Below are positions 49,035 to 62,640 of a stretch of DNA of 64,000 nucleotides, piece after piece. A program made the translations under genes and the position numbers. The stretch covers positions 108,440,001-108,504,000 of the forward strand of contig NC_087437.1 of assembly GCF_036321535.1 (NCBI RefSeq). The letters run 5' to 3'. This DNA comes from Camelus dromedarius (taxonomy: Eukaryota). Below the pieces are notes generated by a model. That model did not search any database. It was given only the letters and a program-made list of their open reading frames with translations, and was not told where the DNA came from. Numbering within the stretch: position 1 is the stretch's first letter; each line of letters opens with the position of its first letter.

Positions 49035-50255
49035 ATTATTTTTTTAATCGTGGCATAATTTATATGCAAGAAAATGCCCAGCTTTACAGTGTATAGTTCA
49101 ACTGATTTTGACAAACGTGTACACCCAGATAACCATCACCCAGTGAAGATACAGAGCAGTCTCAGAAAGTTCCTTCCTTGCCCCTTTCAGCCTATCCCAC
49201 CCCCATCACCTCTGAGGCAACCACTGTTTAGATTTCTGTAACTTCATATAAAGTCACATAAAGGAACTAGACAGCGTGTTCTCTTACCTCCCTGGTTTCT
49301 TTCACTCAACTTAAAGTTGTGAAATGCATCCATGCTGTTCTGTGTAACAGTAGCTTGTTTCTTTCCTCATTGGGTGTTACTGCATTGTAGAATCATACAT
49401 AAGGTTGATGGATATTCGGATTTAAAAAAAAAAATTTAATGGAGGTACTGGAGATTGAACCCAGGACCTCCTACATGCCAAGCATGTGTTCTATCACTGA
49501 GCTATGTCCACCCCCTTGGATATTGGACTTTTTTCTGTTTGGGTTTATCATGAGTAAAACATCTATGAATATACTAATATAAATCTGCTTGTGGGATGTT
49601 TTATTTCTCTTGTATAAATACATAGGAGAGGAATCTCTTGGTCAGAGGATACATATATGTTTAGTTTTATAAGGAACTGCCAAACCATTGTCCAAAGAGG
49701 ATGTACCATTTTATTCTTCCGCCTGCATGTCTGAGTTCCAGTTGGTCCACATCCTCGCCAAAAGTTCCGTCAGCCTTTTTAACTTTAGCCATTCAAGTGG
49801 GTGTTGAGTGCTATTTCATTGTAGTCTTCAGGAAAATACATTTCCCTAACACTAGCGAAGTTGACTATCTTTCCATGAGTTTGTTGGCTGTTCATGTATC
49901 TTCTCTTGTGAAATATCTCTGTTTTTTGCCTATGTTAAATTAGGTTTGTCTTTTAAAATTATCAAGAGTTAGGAGTTTTAAGAATATTTTTAATATGCGT
50001 TCTTTGTCAGATATATGTATTTTAAATATTTTGCATAATCTGGGGCTTGTCCTTTCATTTTCTTAACAACATCTTTGACAAACAGAATTTTAATTTTTTA
50101 TTAAATGCAACGTACAATTTTCTATTCTTGGTCTTCTCTTTCCTATGTCTTATTTAAGAAATCTTTGTCCACCATGTGATTGTGAAGACATTCTCTGGGT
50201 TTTCTTTGAGAAGTTCTTATGGCCTTATGACTCATCCCAAATTAATTTCTGTGAT
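49035..50255 (-). mobile_element. Old L1M 3' region
   Basis: tttacagtgtatagttcaactgattttgacaaacgtgtacacc...ttttataaggaactgccaaacc...ttctttgtcagatatatgtatt. Confidence 0.8.
49424..49516 (-). mobile_element. Camelid tRNA-derived SINE (Vic-1-like, short)
   Basis: ggaggtactggagattgaacccaggacc...cactgagctat; degenerate TSD starting tggatatt at 49409 and 49517. Confidence 0.85.
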
Positions 50256-50790
50256 TCATTACCTTAGAATCTTCATGCTAAGATTTAATATCCAGAATCT
50301 CACTTATTTGCCCTTGAAAGTTAAGAAACCCTACCACATTGTTGAGTAGAGCAACTTCCCTTAAAATAAAGTCAAACTCACATGTAACCATAATGAGAAG
50401 CAGAAACTAGCGTAACTATAATCATGTGACATCAAGACAATCCAAGGTCAGGGTCTTCTCCCCTGAGACCCTGCTCACCTGCCCCTAAACAGAAGTGCGT
50501 TCCACAGTATACTGCTGTTTGTGCTGGAGCTTTATCCTCCCATCTTTTTACTTTATTTCTGACAATTCTTTTCTCTTTTTCCCAAGGGAAAAAAATGTTA
50601 ATGTTTTATGAAGAAGATCAATGCAAAATCACTTCAGAAAGATATGTTTTTGATGTGGGTTTTCTTCATGGGATGAGTGATTTTTAATAAGCATTCCTAT
50701 TCTGGGTAAGTAGAAAATCCTTGTTTCACTCCTCTGACAACTTCATAGTTCAAAAACCTAACTCTTCCTTCTTCCTCAACCACACCTTTA

Positions 50791-50969
50791 GGCTTGTCAA
50801 GTAAACACAGGTCACCCAGTTACATTTGTTTTAGTTAAACAATGAATAATTTGTATGTGATCCAACTAGTGCTTGGAACGTACTTGTACTAAAAAATTAT
50901 TTGTAGTTTATCTGAAAGTCAAATGTAACTGGACATCCTGTATTTTTATTTGGTAAACCTGGTGACCCT
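50791..50969. mobile_element. MER53 palindromic MITE
   Basis: acaggtcacccagttacattt...aaatgtaactggacatcctgtattt...ctggtgaccct; internal inverted repeat. Confidence 0.8.
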
Positions 50970-50974
50970 ACCCC

Positions 50975-51370
50975 CACCCAGTTCATTACCGAACCCTCTA
51001 AATTCTACTTCCTCAATATTTCCTAAATTAAGTTCATTTATTTCCATCTCTGCTAATCTTTCTCTGGAAAAAGACACCGCATTTATACCCAGATTGTTTT
51101 AACGATGTCTTAACTGACTCCCAATCTCTAGTCTAAACATCCTTCAGTATGTTAAAAGCCATAAAGAGTCTCTTAAACACAGCCCTAATCACATAGCACC
51201 CCCTTCAATTGCTCCCATTGCTTTTAAGTTAAAGTCTAAATTCCTAAACTTGGCTTTCACTGCTACATCTTATCTGTCCAGGTTATCTCTAAGCAAACAT
51301 GATCTTGCATTCTCCATACATTCCAGTCATTTTGGAGAAACTTTCACTCTTTTGAAAAAGCCAGACTGCC
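50975..51370. mobile_element. L2 remnant
   Basis: aattctacttcctcaatatttc...gctcccattgcttttaagttaaagtctaaattcct. Confidence 0.55.
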
Positions 51371-51654
51371 CATTGTTTTGTTGTTGTTGTTTTTAAATTC
51401 TGAAGTTCTTTGTAACTCCGGAATTAATAAATTGTTAGTTAGAGTCTCATTTGTCATTTTGTGTGACAATATTTCTTTAAATACAGAGTAATAATTTCTT
51501 CATATATCTGGTTTAAACAAATAGTAATTCATTTCCTCACCAAAATTAAGGGTAGTGCTAATAGTCATATCTACTATTATCAAGATAGTTGTTTCATTTT
51601 CCCCTGTGATACTACTCTTGTATCTGCAATTTTGTTTTTTTAATTGTATTTTTC

Positions 51655-51750
51655 CTTTACTTTTTTAATTGAATTACAGTCAGTTTACAATGCTGTATTA
51701 ACTTCTGGTGCACAGCATAGTGATTCAGTTATACATAGATATATGTTCCT
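51655..51750 (-). mobile_element. Very short L1 3' end
   Basis: ttttttaattgaattacagtcagtttacaatgctgtatta...cagcatagtgattcagtta. Confidence 0.75.
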
Positions 51751-51931
51751 TTGGTTTTAATATTCACACATGAATTTTCTCCGAGCTAGAGCATTCTTTC
51801 AGCCCATAAGTCTCACTCGCCCTTTCTGCTGGACCTTGATCTGTTTGCCCTCAGATATATTCTATCCTCCTTCCCTGCTCTGCTCTTATTCAACTCTCCA
51901 AACCAGTGTTTTAATCACCTCCTATTTACCC

Positions 51932-52396
51932 TGTTGGTGAGGGAGGGATTCCCACCCTCCAGTTGTGGGATGGCTGAACCCGACACAGGACAGGTGACAT
52001 TGACAGTAGCATTAGTCACAGACACTCACAGCCTGGGGGCCAAGGACATTGCACAGAGACTCACAAAGGTTGCATTTAGGACCAGAGTGAGCAACCAAGG
52101 TCTGTGGGAGGCAGGCTTCTAATATCAGAAGGATGATGTGCCCCCTCATTACCACAGGAGGCTGTGATTGGCTTGTTTGAATGATTATGTGGGCTGGCAG
52201 ATAACATCATCTCTAATCAGGATTAAGCAGGAACTGGACCTTGTCTCCTAGATATGAAGGGTTATTTGGCTAAAGGTCAATATCATTGGGAGCAGCGTGG
52301 GGAGAAGAACTTACAATTGGACCATTCAAGGCCCTCTCAGTTTCCTCAGATGTAAAGGTGGCACATATTGGGTCTTAATTCTAGGCCTTATACCAT
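51932..52396. mobile_element. ERVL-type LTR (MER74/MER54 group-like)
   Basis: TG...CA ends (tgttggtgagg...ggccttatacca); family assignment uncertain. Confidence 0.5.
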
Positions 52397-52701
52397 AACT
52401 AATGAATGTACAACACTTCATGCCCTCCATCCAGAATAACACCTAAAAAGGATTAGATTTACTTCTCACCAAAGTCAGAGATGTAACTAAATGTAATGCC
52501 AGGAAAATTGATCAATAGTTAGAAATGGGCAAAAGAGATGACTGATGGGCCTTTCAGTGGCATTTGAGGGGCCAGAGGTTATCTAATTCTACTGAACTAT
52601 GTGCCTTTGATTCTATTTTAGTGATTAGGCAATTTTAAAGCTCTGCAGAGGTAGAAGTCAGACTGCAGAAAACTGATGGTAATGCAAATAATTCTTGTCT
52701 A

Positions 52702-53159
52702 TGTCAATGAAATATTAATCAGTCTACCTAAGAAAATTTTATTCAAGCCAAATTTGAGGATTATAACCTGGGAAGAGCATCTCAGAAAGCTCTGAGTACT
52801 GTTATGCTGATTAGAAATCAAGGCAGACTTATACAAGTTTTTTGAGACAGAGGGCTCTACGTCAAATGATGTGTTATTCACAGTTTACATAACCCAGATC
52901 TAAGCATCATCCTGCTGGGTCATGTGACCCCTTACAAGATCAAGAAGGAATGTCATCTTTAAGGAGTGGTCTTGTTGATGCTGGGAGAATGTTGCTCCTT
53001 ATGGTTGAGCAGGTGTTCCCACCAACGGGGGAGGTTTGGTCCATGCATAATTCAGGTACACAATGCACAGTGGGGGGAGAGAGGAAGCCAAAGGGCACAG
53101 AAGGATTTTTATATTTAAATTTTTCTTGTCTTGCCATAAAACCTGAATTTTTTGTCACA
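52702..53159 (-). mobile_element. ERV1-type solo LTR
   Basis: TG...CA termini with perfect 4-bp TSD tcta on both sides; minus-strand AATAAA near 52740. Confidence 0.88.
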
Positions 53160-54299
53160 TCTATATCAATGCAAATGAATTTTGTTGGTATACCTATTTA
53201 CTCCAGCCTGTAGATGACCCTAAATATACATCATTAAATTACATGTTATCATCCTGTAGGATATTAATCAGTTTTGCCTTATCTACTAATAAATTCATTT
53301 CGACATTCCTGATTGTATGTGTATATGTGCATGTATATGTATGTATATATGTGTGAATATATGTTTATAATATGTAATAGTTAAAATATTCTTAAAATTC
53401 TCATTTGAGCAAGTTTGAACATCTTCCTGGTTCTCTCACTAACTGAGGAGTTTAATATCATCTTTGAAACATGTTTCCATTTTTCACGAGAGTCATGATG
53501 TTCCTTTTCAAAAATTGTATTTTAGCAATGACGATAAACATGATTTAAAATTTTAAGGAAGCTATCTTTGAAAAGGAAATACAAACATACTTAAATGTAA
53601 ATGTTGTCTTGAAGGAGGCAGTAAAACTAAATATTTGTTAATTTTTGTAATAAAAAAATTTTGGTTTTTCTTTCGTAATAATAGACTTTCATTGAATTTA
53701 AGCATATTATTAAATTTGTAAATTTTAAATGATAAATTTAAGAGAACTAAGTAAACATACCACAAAACAAATAAAATGGGGGAGGAAAGACCTACATGCC
53801 AATTAAGAAAGTGTAGTAATTTTTATTTATTGAAAATTATGCATACTTGTCACTCTAACACTTAAGGGCATTAGATCAAGTCCAAGTCTTTGCTCGGTAA
53901 TACTGAGCAAGGGATTCATCCTCAGGAAGTGCAGAAGGCCCCAGTTTTGCTTTCTTCCAAATCCAAGAAGATTGGATTTGGCTGTTCCCTCTGGTGACTA
54001 AACTTTCTTTGAAAAAGCTTAATTCCAAAGGTCTCCTTACCCTGAAAGTAGCTTAGGTCATGCCTGACAATTGAAGGTGTCATTTTGACTAACAAAGCGT
54101 AAAAGAAGCTTGGCAGCAAATTTTCTTATGCAAACAAACAGTTGTTAGATCTCAATTCAGAGTCTCTAAGAGCTCATGAAGAAACCTGACAGTATGCAAA
54201 ACCTGAGGTTTTTTTGCCAAAAGTGAACATCATCAGTTTCTGAATATAGTTTATATGTGACTTGATTTTATCACTTTGTGCACACCGCATGTCCGTGAG

Positions 54300-54920
54300 C
54301 TTGGTGAGAATTTCCGGGAACAGGTAGGCAGGGATGTTCCTTGTCAAAGGAGCTGGTGACTCTCCACCACCACCCTCTCCCCACCCAGAACAAATGTGAG
54401 AAAGGAGACCTTAGAAAGGTACTGATTTCACCTTCTCTTGGACCCGTTCCCATCGTGATTGTACTTTTCCACCTCAGGGCAGGGAGCAATCATGCACTGG
54501 GCCCTGCAAGGTCAGATGGTTCAGAAAAAGAATGTAACCTGGGGAAAGAACTAGGAAGGGAGGGGCAGAGCTCCCCAACAAGTTGCTTGCTGAATCCTGT
54601 TGAGCCTCCAGCCCCACTCCCCACCCATTTTAGCAAAAATGACGACATTCTTGGCTTCTGGGGCACCACCCCAGCCATTTTTAACCAAGTCCAACTGGCC
54701 TTGCTACAACAAGAAACTTTAATGAGTTAGTACGCAAAAAATCAAAGTGCTTGCCCTGTTTCCCGTAAAACCAGTGAAAAGAAAAAGTCGCTGAAACTCA
54801 CCGCAAACTCTGCCTCCTGCACTGAAATGTCCTCAACACATCAGTCAACAATTATCCTCTTTCTCAATATCTGTAAGAATTTATTGCCCTTGCCCCTCAC
54901 GCTGCTGTGTGTATATACCA
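54300..54920. promoter_or_regulatory. Candidate cytokine/interferon-responsive enhancer or promoter
   Basis: GAS TTCCGGGAA 54312-54320 overlapping NF-kB-like GAGAATTTCC 54306-54315; GAS TTCCCGTAA 54760-54768; ISRE-like GAAAAGAAA 54776-54784; AP-1-like TGAGTTA 54723-54729; apparently repeat-free. Confidence 0.4.
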
Positions 54921-56091
54921 CTCCTGTGTTATTCACAAGTTTGTGTCCACTGTTTCCTTCCTCAGCTAGAAATTAGACTAAAAAAAGAACCAAGAGAAAC
55001 CGTGGGCTGTGCCTTTTGTATTTAGTAAGCAAGATCAGGATTTATATTTATGTATACAGGATTTAATAATAATGGATTTCCTACACCTCAGGACCCAATG
55101 TAGATAATGGCTTTGACTCTGGGACCAATGAATCTTGTTAACTTCAAAAGAAGGACAAGTGTAAGTATCTTGCCCCTTCGTACTAAAAATATAGATCTTT
55201 TGTACTTCCATATTAAAAGGGAAAATTGAGCTGAGCCCAGTGATCTTAGTAAACTCTGAAATGCAAAAGAAAGCTTCAGAGAAGCTTGGAATGGCTGTTA
55301 CATTAAAGGAAAAAAAAGTAACTGCCCTAAAAGTCATTGTGAATTATGTACAGTAGACATAATTCTTTACTACATTCTTAAAGACTAGAGAATATGTTGC
55401 CAAAATATGTAAACTGTTTTTATGCTTCCCCTTAAAATATTATAACCAGCAGTATATTATCCAAATCCACTAAAAAGAAGTCAGAACCACTGAGGTTACT
55501 CCACCAGCTGGGGATTCGTTTATGGCTGAGTGTTGAAACTTGAATAGCAAAAGACTGAACTATTGAGTTTTCTGTGTGGGGACCACTCAGTTCATGTAGT
55601 TTAAACTGAAGCTGACATTTTTAATGAATTTATTAGTCTCACTTCATTCCAGGACCAGACGTTTGTCCAGCTCACACACATGGACACCTTGGGTTTTATA
55701 ACCTAATCCAGAAGGGACATATTAGTATCACTTCTCTTTCTCAAATGGTGAGTTTTCCAAGGCCCATTTCTTGATCTGATGTCATGTTGTAGCTTGGAAT
55801 TGAAACTTCCTCTTAAACCACTCAGGAATCAAATATGTTTTTACCAGTAAAACACCATTCTGCAAATTGTACATTATAGCCTTCAGGGTGAGATTTTTAT
55901 AAGAAAAGCGACCAGTCCTCCAAGACTCTACAGAGGGTCTGCCCAGGTACTCAGTCCTAGAGCTAAATATTTAAGAACGAAGTCCTCCCAGAAGGCTAAG
56001 AAAATCAAGTTAACAATATTATATAGTAGAGGATAAATTAGGAAAGATTAAGAGCAAATACTGTAATCAGTAGCTTTTTTAATACAAAATT

Positions 56092-56782
56092 TCATCTCAT
56101 TCATTCTAAGATACACAATTAATGGCACCTTACAATCACTAGAAGCCAGGCTATTGTCAAAATATAGTTGCCACTGCCTTACAAGAACCAGCTTGATTAT
56201 TTTTCCTGGTGGTATAAATAGCAGCCAGCAAACCACTTAAGGTCCATTTGAGGAAGAAATTCAAGTCTTGATTATTACCTGAAAAATCTCCCTTTGATAT
56301 TTGCTCATAAGACCAAGAGAGCACTAGCATCAAAGTTTAGAGAATAAGTGTCATTGGAGGAGAACTTCAGAAACAGCAGAGGATCAGTCTCAAGAAATGC
56401 TGTACTAGCAACGTTCTTAATGACATGGGTGCTGACATTGTTGGAAAAACTCTAACATCAATGACTTCAAGTCAAAAAGTATTTCTGAAGAGTTGCTATC
56501 TGACTGTGAAGCCATCTTCAGAATGCGTTAAACAATTTATTTGTCACATGTTCTTTTTATGTATGCTACAGACTGATATGTGATGAAAATAAATCTCTAA
56601 CTATAAAAGAACTATTTTAATGATCATAAAATAAAAGTTCTAGGTGATAAGAGAATATGACTATGTAGTTCAATTGGTAGGGTTTCTTGTTGTAGTATGT
56701 AAAATAATAGATCTTCTTTAAAAATTGTTTTAAAAAAATGAATATTCTTCCAGTCAATGGTGTCAGATGAAATGACATACAA
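56092..56782 (+). mobile_element. Kanga-like TcMar-Tc2 DNA transposon remnant
   Basis: Left end cattcattctaagatacac resembles the MER104/Kanga TIR; caagaaatgctgtactagcaacgttcttaatgac is a decayed KKCCISNALDG motif; right end caatggtgtcagatgaaatgacatac. Confidence 0.65.
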
Positions 56783-57473
56783 TAGTTATAGATTACTGGG
56801 GGCATAACAAGATCCAAGCCAGAAGTCCCCTTAGGAATTGTTTCTCTCTCTTTATCCGAAGCAAACAGCCCTCAAAAAAAAAAAAAAAAAAAAAGGTTTT
56901 TCTGTCCTCTGGTTGCCGCTGTGCGAGAATCTGAGAACATGGATGGCATTACAGAAGAACAAAGACCTTTGCAATAGGGCTCCTGGAATCAAAATGAGCA
57001 TCTCAGTAAAGTAGTCTCCCAAGCACATGACCTCAGGATTTGTACGAATCAAAGTGCCCAGAAGTGTCTCATCATTTTTATCGCATTAAACAATTTCAGA
57101 GAACACATTTGTCCTTACACTGCAACTGAAAGTCTTGATGAGAAAAGTGTATTTAGCACCACAGTCATATTTTATCCGAATTGTGCAGCATTGCGTGGTT
57201 CTATGAATGACATTCCTTTCATCATTAAGTTGTACCCTTTTATAAAGTGTTCTCAAACAGCTGTTGCTCTACACTTGAGAACTGAAAGCATCTACACCCA
57301 TATATCTTACTCTTTCCATTAACAGGATTTCACTATTCCAGGAAAATAAGTTTATTTGCCCAGGAATGTGAAAGTTACAAATCACTTTATTTTTCATTCC
57401 AAGATCTTCTTGAAATACCCATCAAATCTTCAATAGAAAGAACCAAAAGAAGAAAATTTATAGCCCAAGACCC

Positions 57474-57746
57474 TGTGAAACACTCATTGCAAAATCTGTG
57501 CTATGTACAACACTCCTAAACAATTATATCATTATCCTTATCCAGTCATGACCACGTCCCTCCACTGAAAGACTTGCCTTAAGCCAGACTTCCAAAATCT
57601 CATAAATATCTCAACTCTGTCCTCTCTCATCTGAGATATTAATAAGATTCTCTCAAAGTAGCATCTTCTTTACCATAGTAAGAATAAACTCAGGTTTGGC
57701 TTATCAAGTTTGTTTGGTGATACTTTGATGGAGCTGGCATTCAACA
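57474..57746 (+). mobile_element. ERV1 LTR fragment (MER31/MER67-like)
   Basis: gtaagaataaactcaggtttggcttatcaa...gagctggcattcaaca. Confidence 0.55.
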
Positions 57747-58519
57747 CGGTAGATTATTTTATATGAATTCTCATTAGACTTAGGATTCAGGAAATTGGAT
57801 CTAAGTTGTAAAGATTTTGCTTTCTATAGCAAACTGACATCAGTAATAATGGAACCAGTATTTACTAGTAAAATGAACAGAGTTCTGCCTTGTATCTTTT
57901 GCATATGATTGAGGAAGATAATTCAATACATTAGCTACAAAGGCAATTGACAAAATTGTTTCCAATTTTGGAATCGTTTTCAATTTCTTGGACTAAAGAT
58001 TCCAAAATCCTCCTGAAATATATCTCAGAAAATGCCAGGAAAACAAAACTTTTGAAATAAGTAGAACATACAAGGAAATACAAGGAATCACACCTCATTA
58101 AGGTGAACGCACCACTCCAGGAATAGGAACTGTCCCATCCTCCAAGGACAGCATCAGAGCCTGATGGTCTGGTGGTCAGAGGGCTTGGGTAGGTGGGGGA
58201 GAGACCTGGGGAACTAAGAACTAAGCTGTGGATCTGGGCAGAGTAGAAAGGCAGACTAATGACACTCTATACAAAGCTAGGGCTGACGGAGAGCCACCCT
58301 CTAATAAAAATAATGAAGTAGAAGGAAAATTGCACAACAGAAACAGAAAGAAAAGAAAAATCACCTGTTTCTGCAAAAACCAAAAACCAAGCCACCCACC
58401 ATGGCATAAATGAATATTATGTGCTATACAAAAGCCCAGGGTGAGAATTTTAGTTAAAAAACGGACACCACTTGATAATATCCATGGGTATTTGGTAGAA
58501 ACAAGGGCAACTCCGCTCT

Positions 58520-58732
58520 AGGTAAAGTTGCTAAAAGGGGAGATCGTAAGAGTTCTCACCACCAAAAAAAATTGTAGTTATGGGAGGTGACAGATATGTT
58601 AACTAACATTGTGGCAATCATTTCACTGTGTACACACATACACACACACATATATATAAAATCACTACATTGCACACCTTAAATTAATGCAATGTTACAT
58701 GTCAATTACATATATAAAGTTGGGAAAAATAA
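58520..58732 (+). mobile_element. L1MA/MB 3' end
   Basis: aaagttgctaaaaggggagatcgtaagagttctcaccac...cacaccttaaattaatgcaatgttacatgtcaatta. Confidence 0.8.
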
Positions 58733-58944
58733 GTGAGGAGGAGAGCTAGTACCTAAATTGTGAACACATTGACTTGGCCTCAAAATCTGTTCTTTCATGT
58801 AAGAAACCTGCCTTATATGACTTAAAACAATTACTGTAGTCAAAGTCATCTCTATAGATTGAGGAAATGTTAAGGAAAAAATCTTTAATGCTATCAGATA
58901 CAAAAACAATGTCTTAATGTGGCCAATTTTTTTAAACTAATACA

Positions 58945-59470
58945 AAGGCCACTGGAATCTGACAAATTTAAGTCTCTTGGCTGCTTTCTGCTTCCCACCT
59001 GTTTAACCTTACATCAGTTGCTTAATCTCCCTGAGTCTCACTGTCTTCATTTGCAAAATGAGAGTCTTTGGGAGAATGTGAAAATACAGATTTACCAAAA
59101 TGATCTAAGCCTTATAGGACTTCTTTCTCTCTAAGTTACAGTCAAAAGTTTCATGAAATTTTCCCTGGTCATCCAAGTTGGAGCCAATTGTTCCTTGTCC
59201 ATAAACTTAAGGAGGTTAATGGTCAATTTGCACTTATTTCACTCCGCCTTATAGTACTTACATTCCTTCCCTCACCTCATTTGTGTATCACTCTTTTTGC
59301 CAATAAAATACAATTAGCATTTACTGATCACATACTGAAAGCCAGGCTCTAAGTGCCTTGCTTGTATTATCAAGACTTCACACCAACCCTGGGAGGTAGA
59401 TTATCTTCAGCATCATTCTAGTTTTGCAGATGAACAAATGAGAACCCAGACAGGTTAGGTACAGAAATGA
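58945..59470. mobile_element. Two MIR remnants
   Basis: ttgcttaatctccctgagtctcactgtcttcatttgcaaaatg and gttttgcagatgaacaaatgagaacccagacaggtta. Confidence 0.6.
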
Positions 59471-61159
59471 TGTAAAATTACTATTGCAAGTTGCTAGGAC
59501 ACTCACTGGTAGCAGGTGACCTACAAAACTGATTTACTATGTGCATTAGCAGTTCTTTCCTTCTGGCATGAGTTAGTCACACTTCTTCTGCACAGGCTTT
59601 CAATTAAGGTTACTAACGGGTGTGTCCAGACCCATTAATTAATAATTTACTCTTATCCCCACTAAATGACATTTCCAACTATCTAAAAATGCCAGGGAGT
59701 ATGGATTTTTTTTTATTTAGAAGAAAAAAAAATCTTTATTTGCAGCCTAGCATCTCTTTACCTACTATGTAATGGGTATTCCAGAAATCCAAAATGCAAA
59801 TTGCTCAGAAGCTTTTCTGAGTCCAAATAGATAAATAAATTGTCCAAGTGTTGTTGACTATCTCAAGTCCCCTAGAGATGATTCATTTGCTTGTGGCAAT
59901 TAGATATGGTCTACTTTGGTGTTCTCTGCACACAGGACATACACAGAGAGCGTTTTAATCAAAGGATAAAGAAACTGTGATGTTGCAAGACAATTTTCAT
60001 GCCAGCCCCAGATGTAACTGGCAAAAATGATCAGGACTATTAAACAGAGGGATGTTCTCTCTTCCATCCGAATGGACATCTGAGATTAATAGAAGCTTTT
60101 CAATAGCTGAAAGTTTACAGATTTCAAAATACAACCTCTCAGATCTTTGAAAGGAGGACTCAAGGATTACATAGCAAATACAATTCTCATATTGTAAAAA
60201 GAGACTCTACTTTCCTGAAGTCAAATTCAGACAAGGTAGACAAAATGTAAGAAGAATAATGTAAGACAAAATGTAAGACTTTGTAACCATGAAGGCCTAT
60301 CAAGCTTCTTGTCCCACCCACTGCTTCATTCGGTGGGAAACTGCACCCTCACACCACAGGGCCAGGCCAGGGAGCAACACTAGGGGGTTCCTTACATGTA
60401 GATGGCTTTTTTCTGTGACCCAGCACACCTGGTAGAGTCAAGGTAGCAGGGCTGAGAATCACAAGGTTTGTCATCCCACCCAGTAAGTGACCCGAGATAA
60501 CTTGATTGACTTTTTTTTTCTCTTGGGGACAATGCAAACCAGAAATACAAGAGGAAAGAAAGGCAGTCAATTGGTAGAAGGTGCAGAAGATGAAAAATAT
60601 ATGAAGAATGGGCAGTGTGGACACCATAAGACAAAAGAAGCCATGGGTGAGAAAGAAGGAAAAGAGATAAATGGTGGGGGGAGCACAGAATACGGGAAAT
60701 AAATGTAATGTCACTGCAACAAGGGGGGGGGGTCGAGCATGTTGGAAGAGCACCAAGTTCCTGTGGCTGAAGACCCAAGATACCTTATCCATTAAAGGCA
60801 CCACACCAGACACTCCCACTTCCGGAACTGGGGCAGTCACCACAAGGGCAGGCCCTACAGCTGTTCCTGGGATGCCTTGAAACTGGCTGTGAAGCCGAAT
60901 GCTGGCTTCTTTATCTCCATGTGACTCTTCACGTAAAAAGTTAAATTAAAAACATTAAAAATGACTTGAGGTAATCTGAAAGAGTCATCTTTGCCCCTAA
61001 AAGAAATTGACACTTGTCTGCCTTCTTGGTATACCGAGCTAATTTCTTCTACGGTGACACAAAGGAGCACAATTATCGATGTCTATCACAACTGATTCAC
61101 AAAGGAAAATGTTTCAGTAATTAGCATTTTAAAACTTGAAAAAAAAATGAGATGATTGT

Positions 61160-62350
61160 TTTATTACTTTTTTCCTCACTCAACTTTTTATTTTGAAAAA
61201 TTTTTAAATTTCAGAAAAAAGGGGTGCAATGAACAACATTTATTCCTCAACCAGATTCACCCATTGTTAAAATTCTGCAATATTGGAAAGTAAGTTTGAG
61301 ACAATATAACATTTCACAGTAGATACTTTAGCAAGTATTCATATTCATATATGATCTATATGAGATCATATAGATAAGGACATCCTTCTGCCCAACAACA
61401 ATACCATTATTGCACCTAAGAACACAAGTAATATTATATATAACAACTTTCTTCTTCTTTTGTTCTTTTTTTTTAATCCAGGTTACAGTTGAGTCACACA
61501 TTGAACGTGGTTGATCTGTCTCTTTTCATATGGGACAGTCACCCAAAGAGTCTTAACCAGTCATAAAATGTCCCACATTCTGAATGTGCCTTATTGATTC
61601 TTTTTGGAGTTATTTATCTTGCTCCTCTATTTCCTGTAATCAGGAAATTAGGTTTAGAGATTTGATTAAATGCAGGTAAACATTTTTTTGAAACAATACT
61701 TCACAGGTAAGGTTGTATACTCCATACTGCATTCCTTCAGGAGTCTTAATATCAAGTTATCTCACTAGTAATTATATTGAATTTGTTTGTTTTGAGGGGA
61801 GGTAATTAGATTGATTGACTGATTGATTTTTAGAGGAGGTACTGGGGATTGAACCCAGGACCTTGTGCATGATAAGCATGCTCTCTACCACTTGAGCTAT
61901 ACCATCCCCCTGAATTTAATCACTTGGTTAAATGTCAACATTGTCTACCATTATAGAGACACATATTTTTCTTTGCAATTGTGAGGTGATAGTTTAACAC
62001 TGTGCCTCATGAATTTTTTACTCAACAGTTATGGGATGTTGGATACTTACCGAATCAACTATTTCACTAATTTCTCCCTACGTTTGTTCACTAGAATATT
62101 GTCTTGATTAAAAAGTGTTTTTATTGCCCTCTCTTTCTTCTCTCTCTCTCTCATTATGCCTGTTTTAAAACACCAATGTATTGTACTCGCTGTCAGTCTT
62201 CTTTTTGTTGCTTTTTATTTTCCCCAAATAGGCCCCCTTTGACGTGATCTCATTAGCCTTCAAGTTTTTTCTTGTTTTCTGGTATAAGAAGATGACCCAG
62301 GATTACCCTGAACTTGGCCCCAGACCGAAATCAGTAACTTCTCCATAGTT
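61160..62350 (-). mobile_element. Old L1MC/ME 3' region
   Basis: aactttttattttgaaaaatttt...ccagattcacccattgttaa...gataaggacatccttct...taccattattgcacctaag. Confidence 0.65.
61785..61910 (-). mobile_element. Camelid tRNA-derived SINE (Vic-1-like)
   Basis: ggggaggtaattag...ggaggtactggggattgaacccaggacc...gagctataccatcccc; TSD tgaattt at 61778-61784 and 61911-61917. Confidence 0.9.
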
Positions 62351-62459
62351 ATTTTTATTCACCTTTAAAAATATCACTATTTTTATATTATCACTTTGGA
62401 TTTCCTACTGACTGGAAGCAGCAGTATCATAACTGCTGATAGTACCATGTTTCTACCAT

Positions 62460-62640
62460 TTTTGGAGCAACTGCTAAATGCTGAGAGGTTTTCTCATAGT
62501 ATCTTGTGTAATCCTTGCAGGTGAGATAACTAATATTTTATTCATTTTACAAATTGAAAAATAGAGGCATAAGGAAATGAAGGAATTTGCTTAAGGTCAC
62601 AGAATTATGCACAAATCTGAAGCCCACATTCTCTTTTTGA
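62460..62640. mobile_element. MIR remnant
   Basis: cattttacaaattgaaaaatagaggcataagg...ttgcttaaggtcacag. Confidence 0.65.

Noticed and set aside
47644..53159. Two related LTRs in the same orientation, suggesting a provirus
   Set aside because: Each LTR has its own 4-bp flanking duplication, they are clearly diverged, and the DNA between them is old L1M/L2/MER53, not gag-pol-env.
60235..60282. Short direct repeats gacaaaatgtaaga
   Set aside because: Two to three imperfect units consistent with slippage; not an array with spacers, and CRISPR is not expected in mammalian DNA.
60349..60880. 164-aa and 128-aa ORFs plus an ETS-like CACTTCCGG
   Set aside because: The ORFs derive from purine/pyrimidine-biased low-complexity sequence with no recognisable domain, and a single motif is insufficient evidence for a regulatory call.
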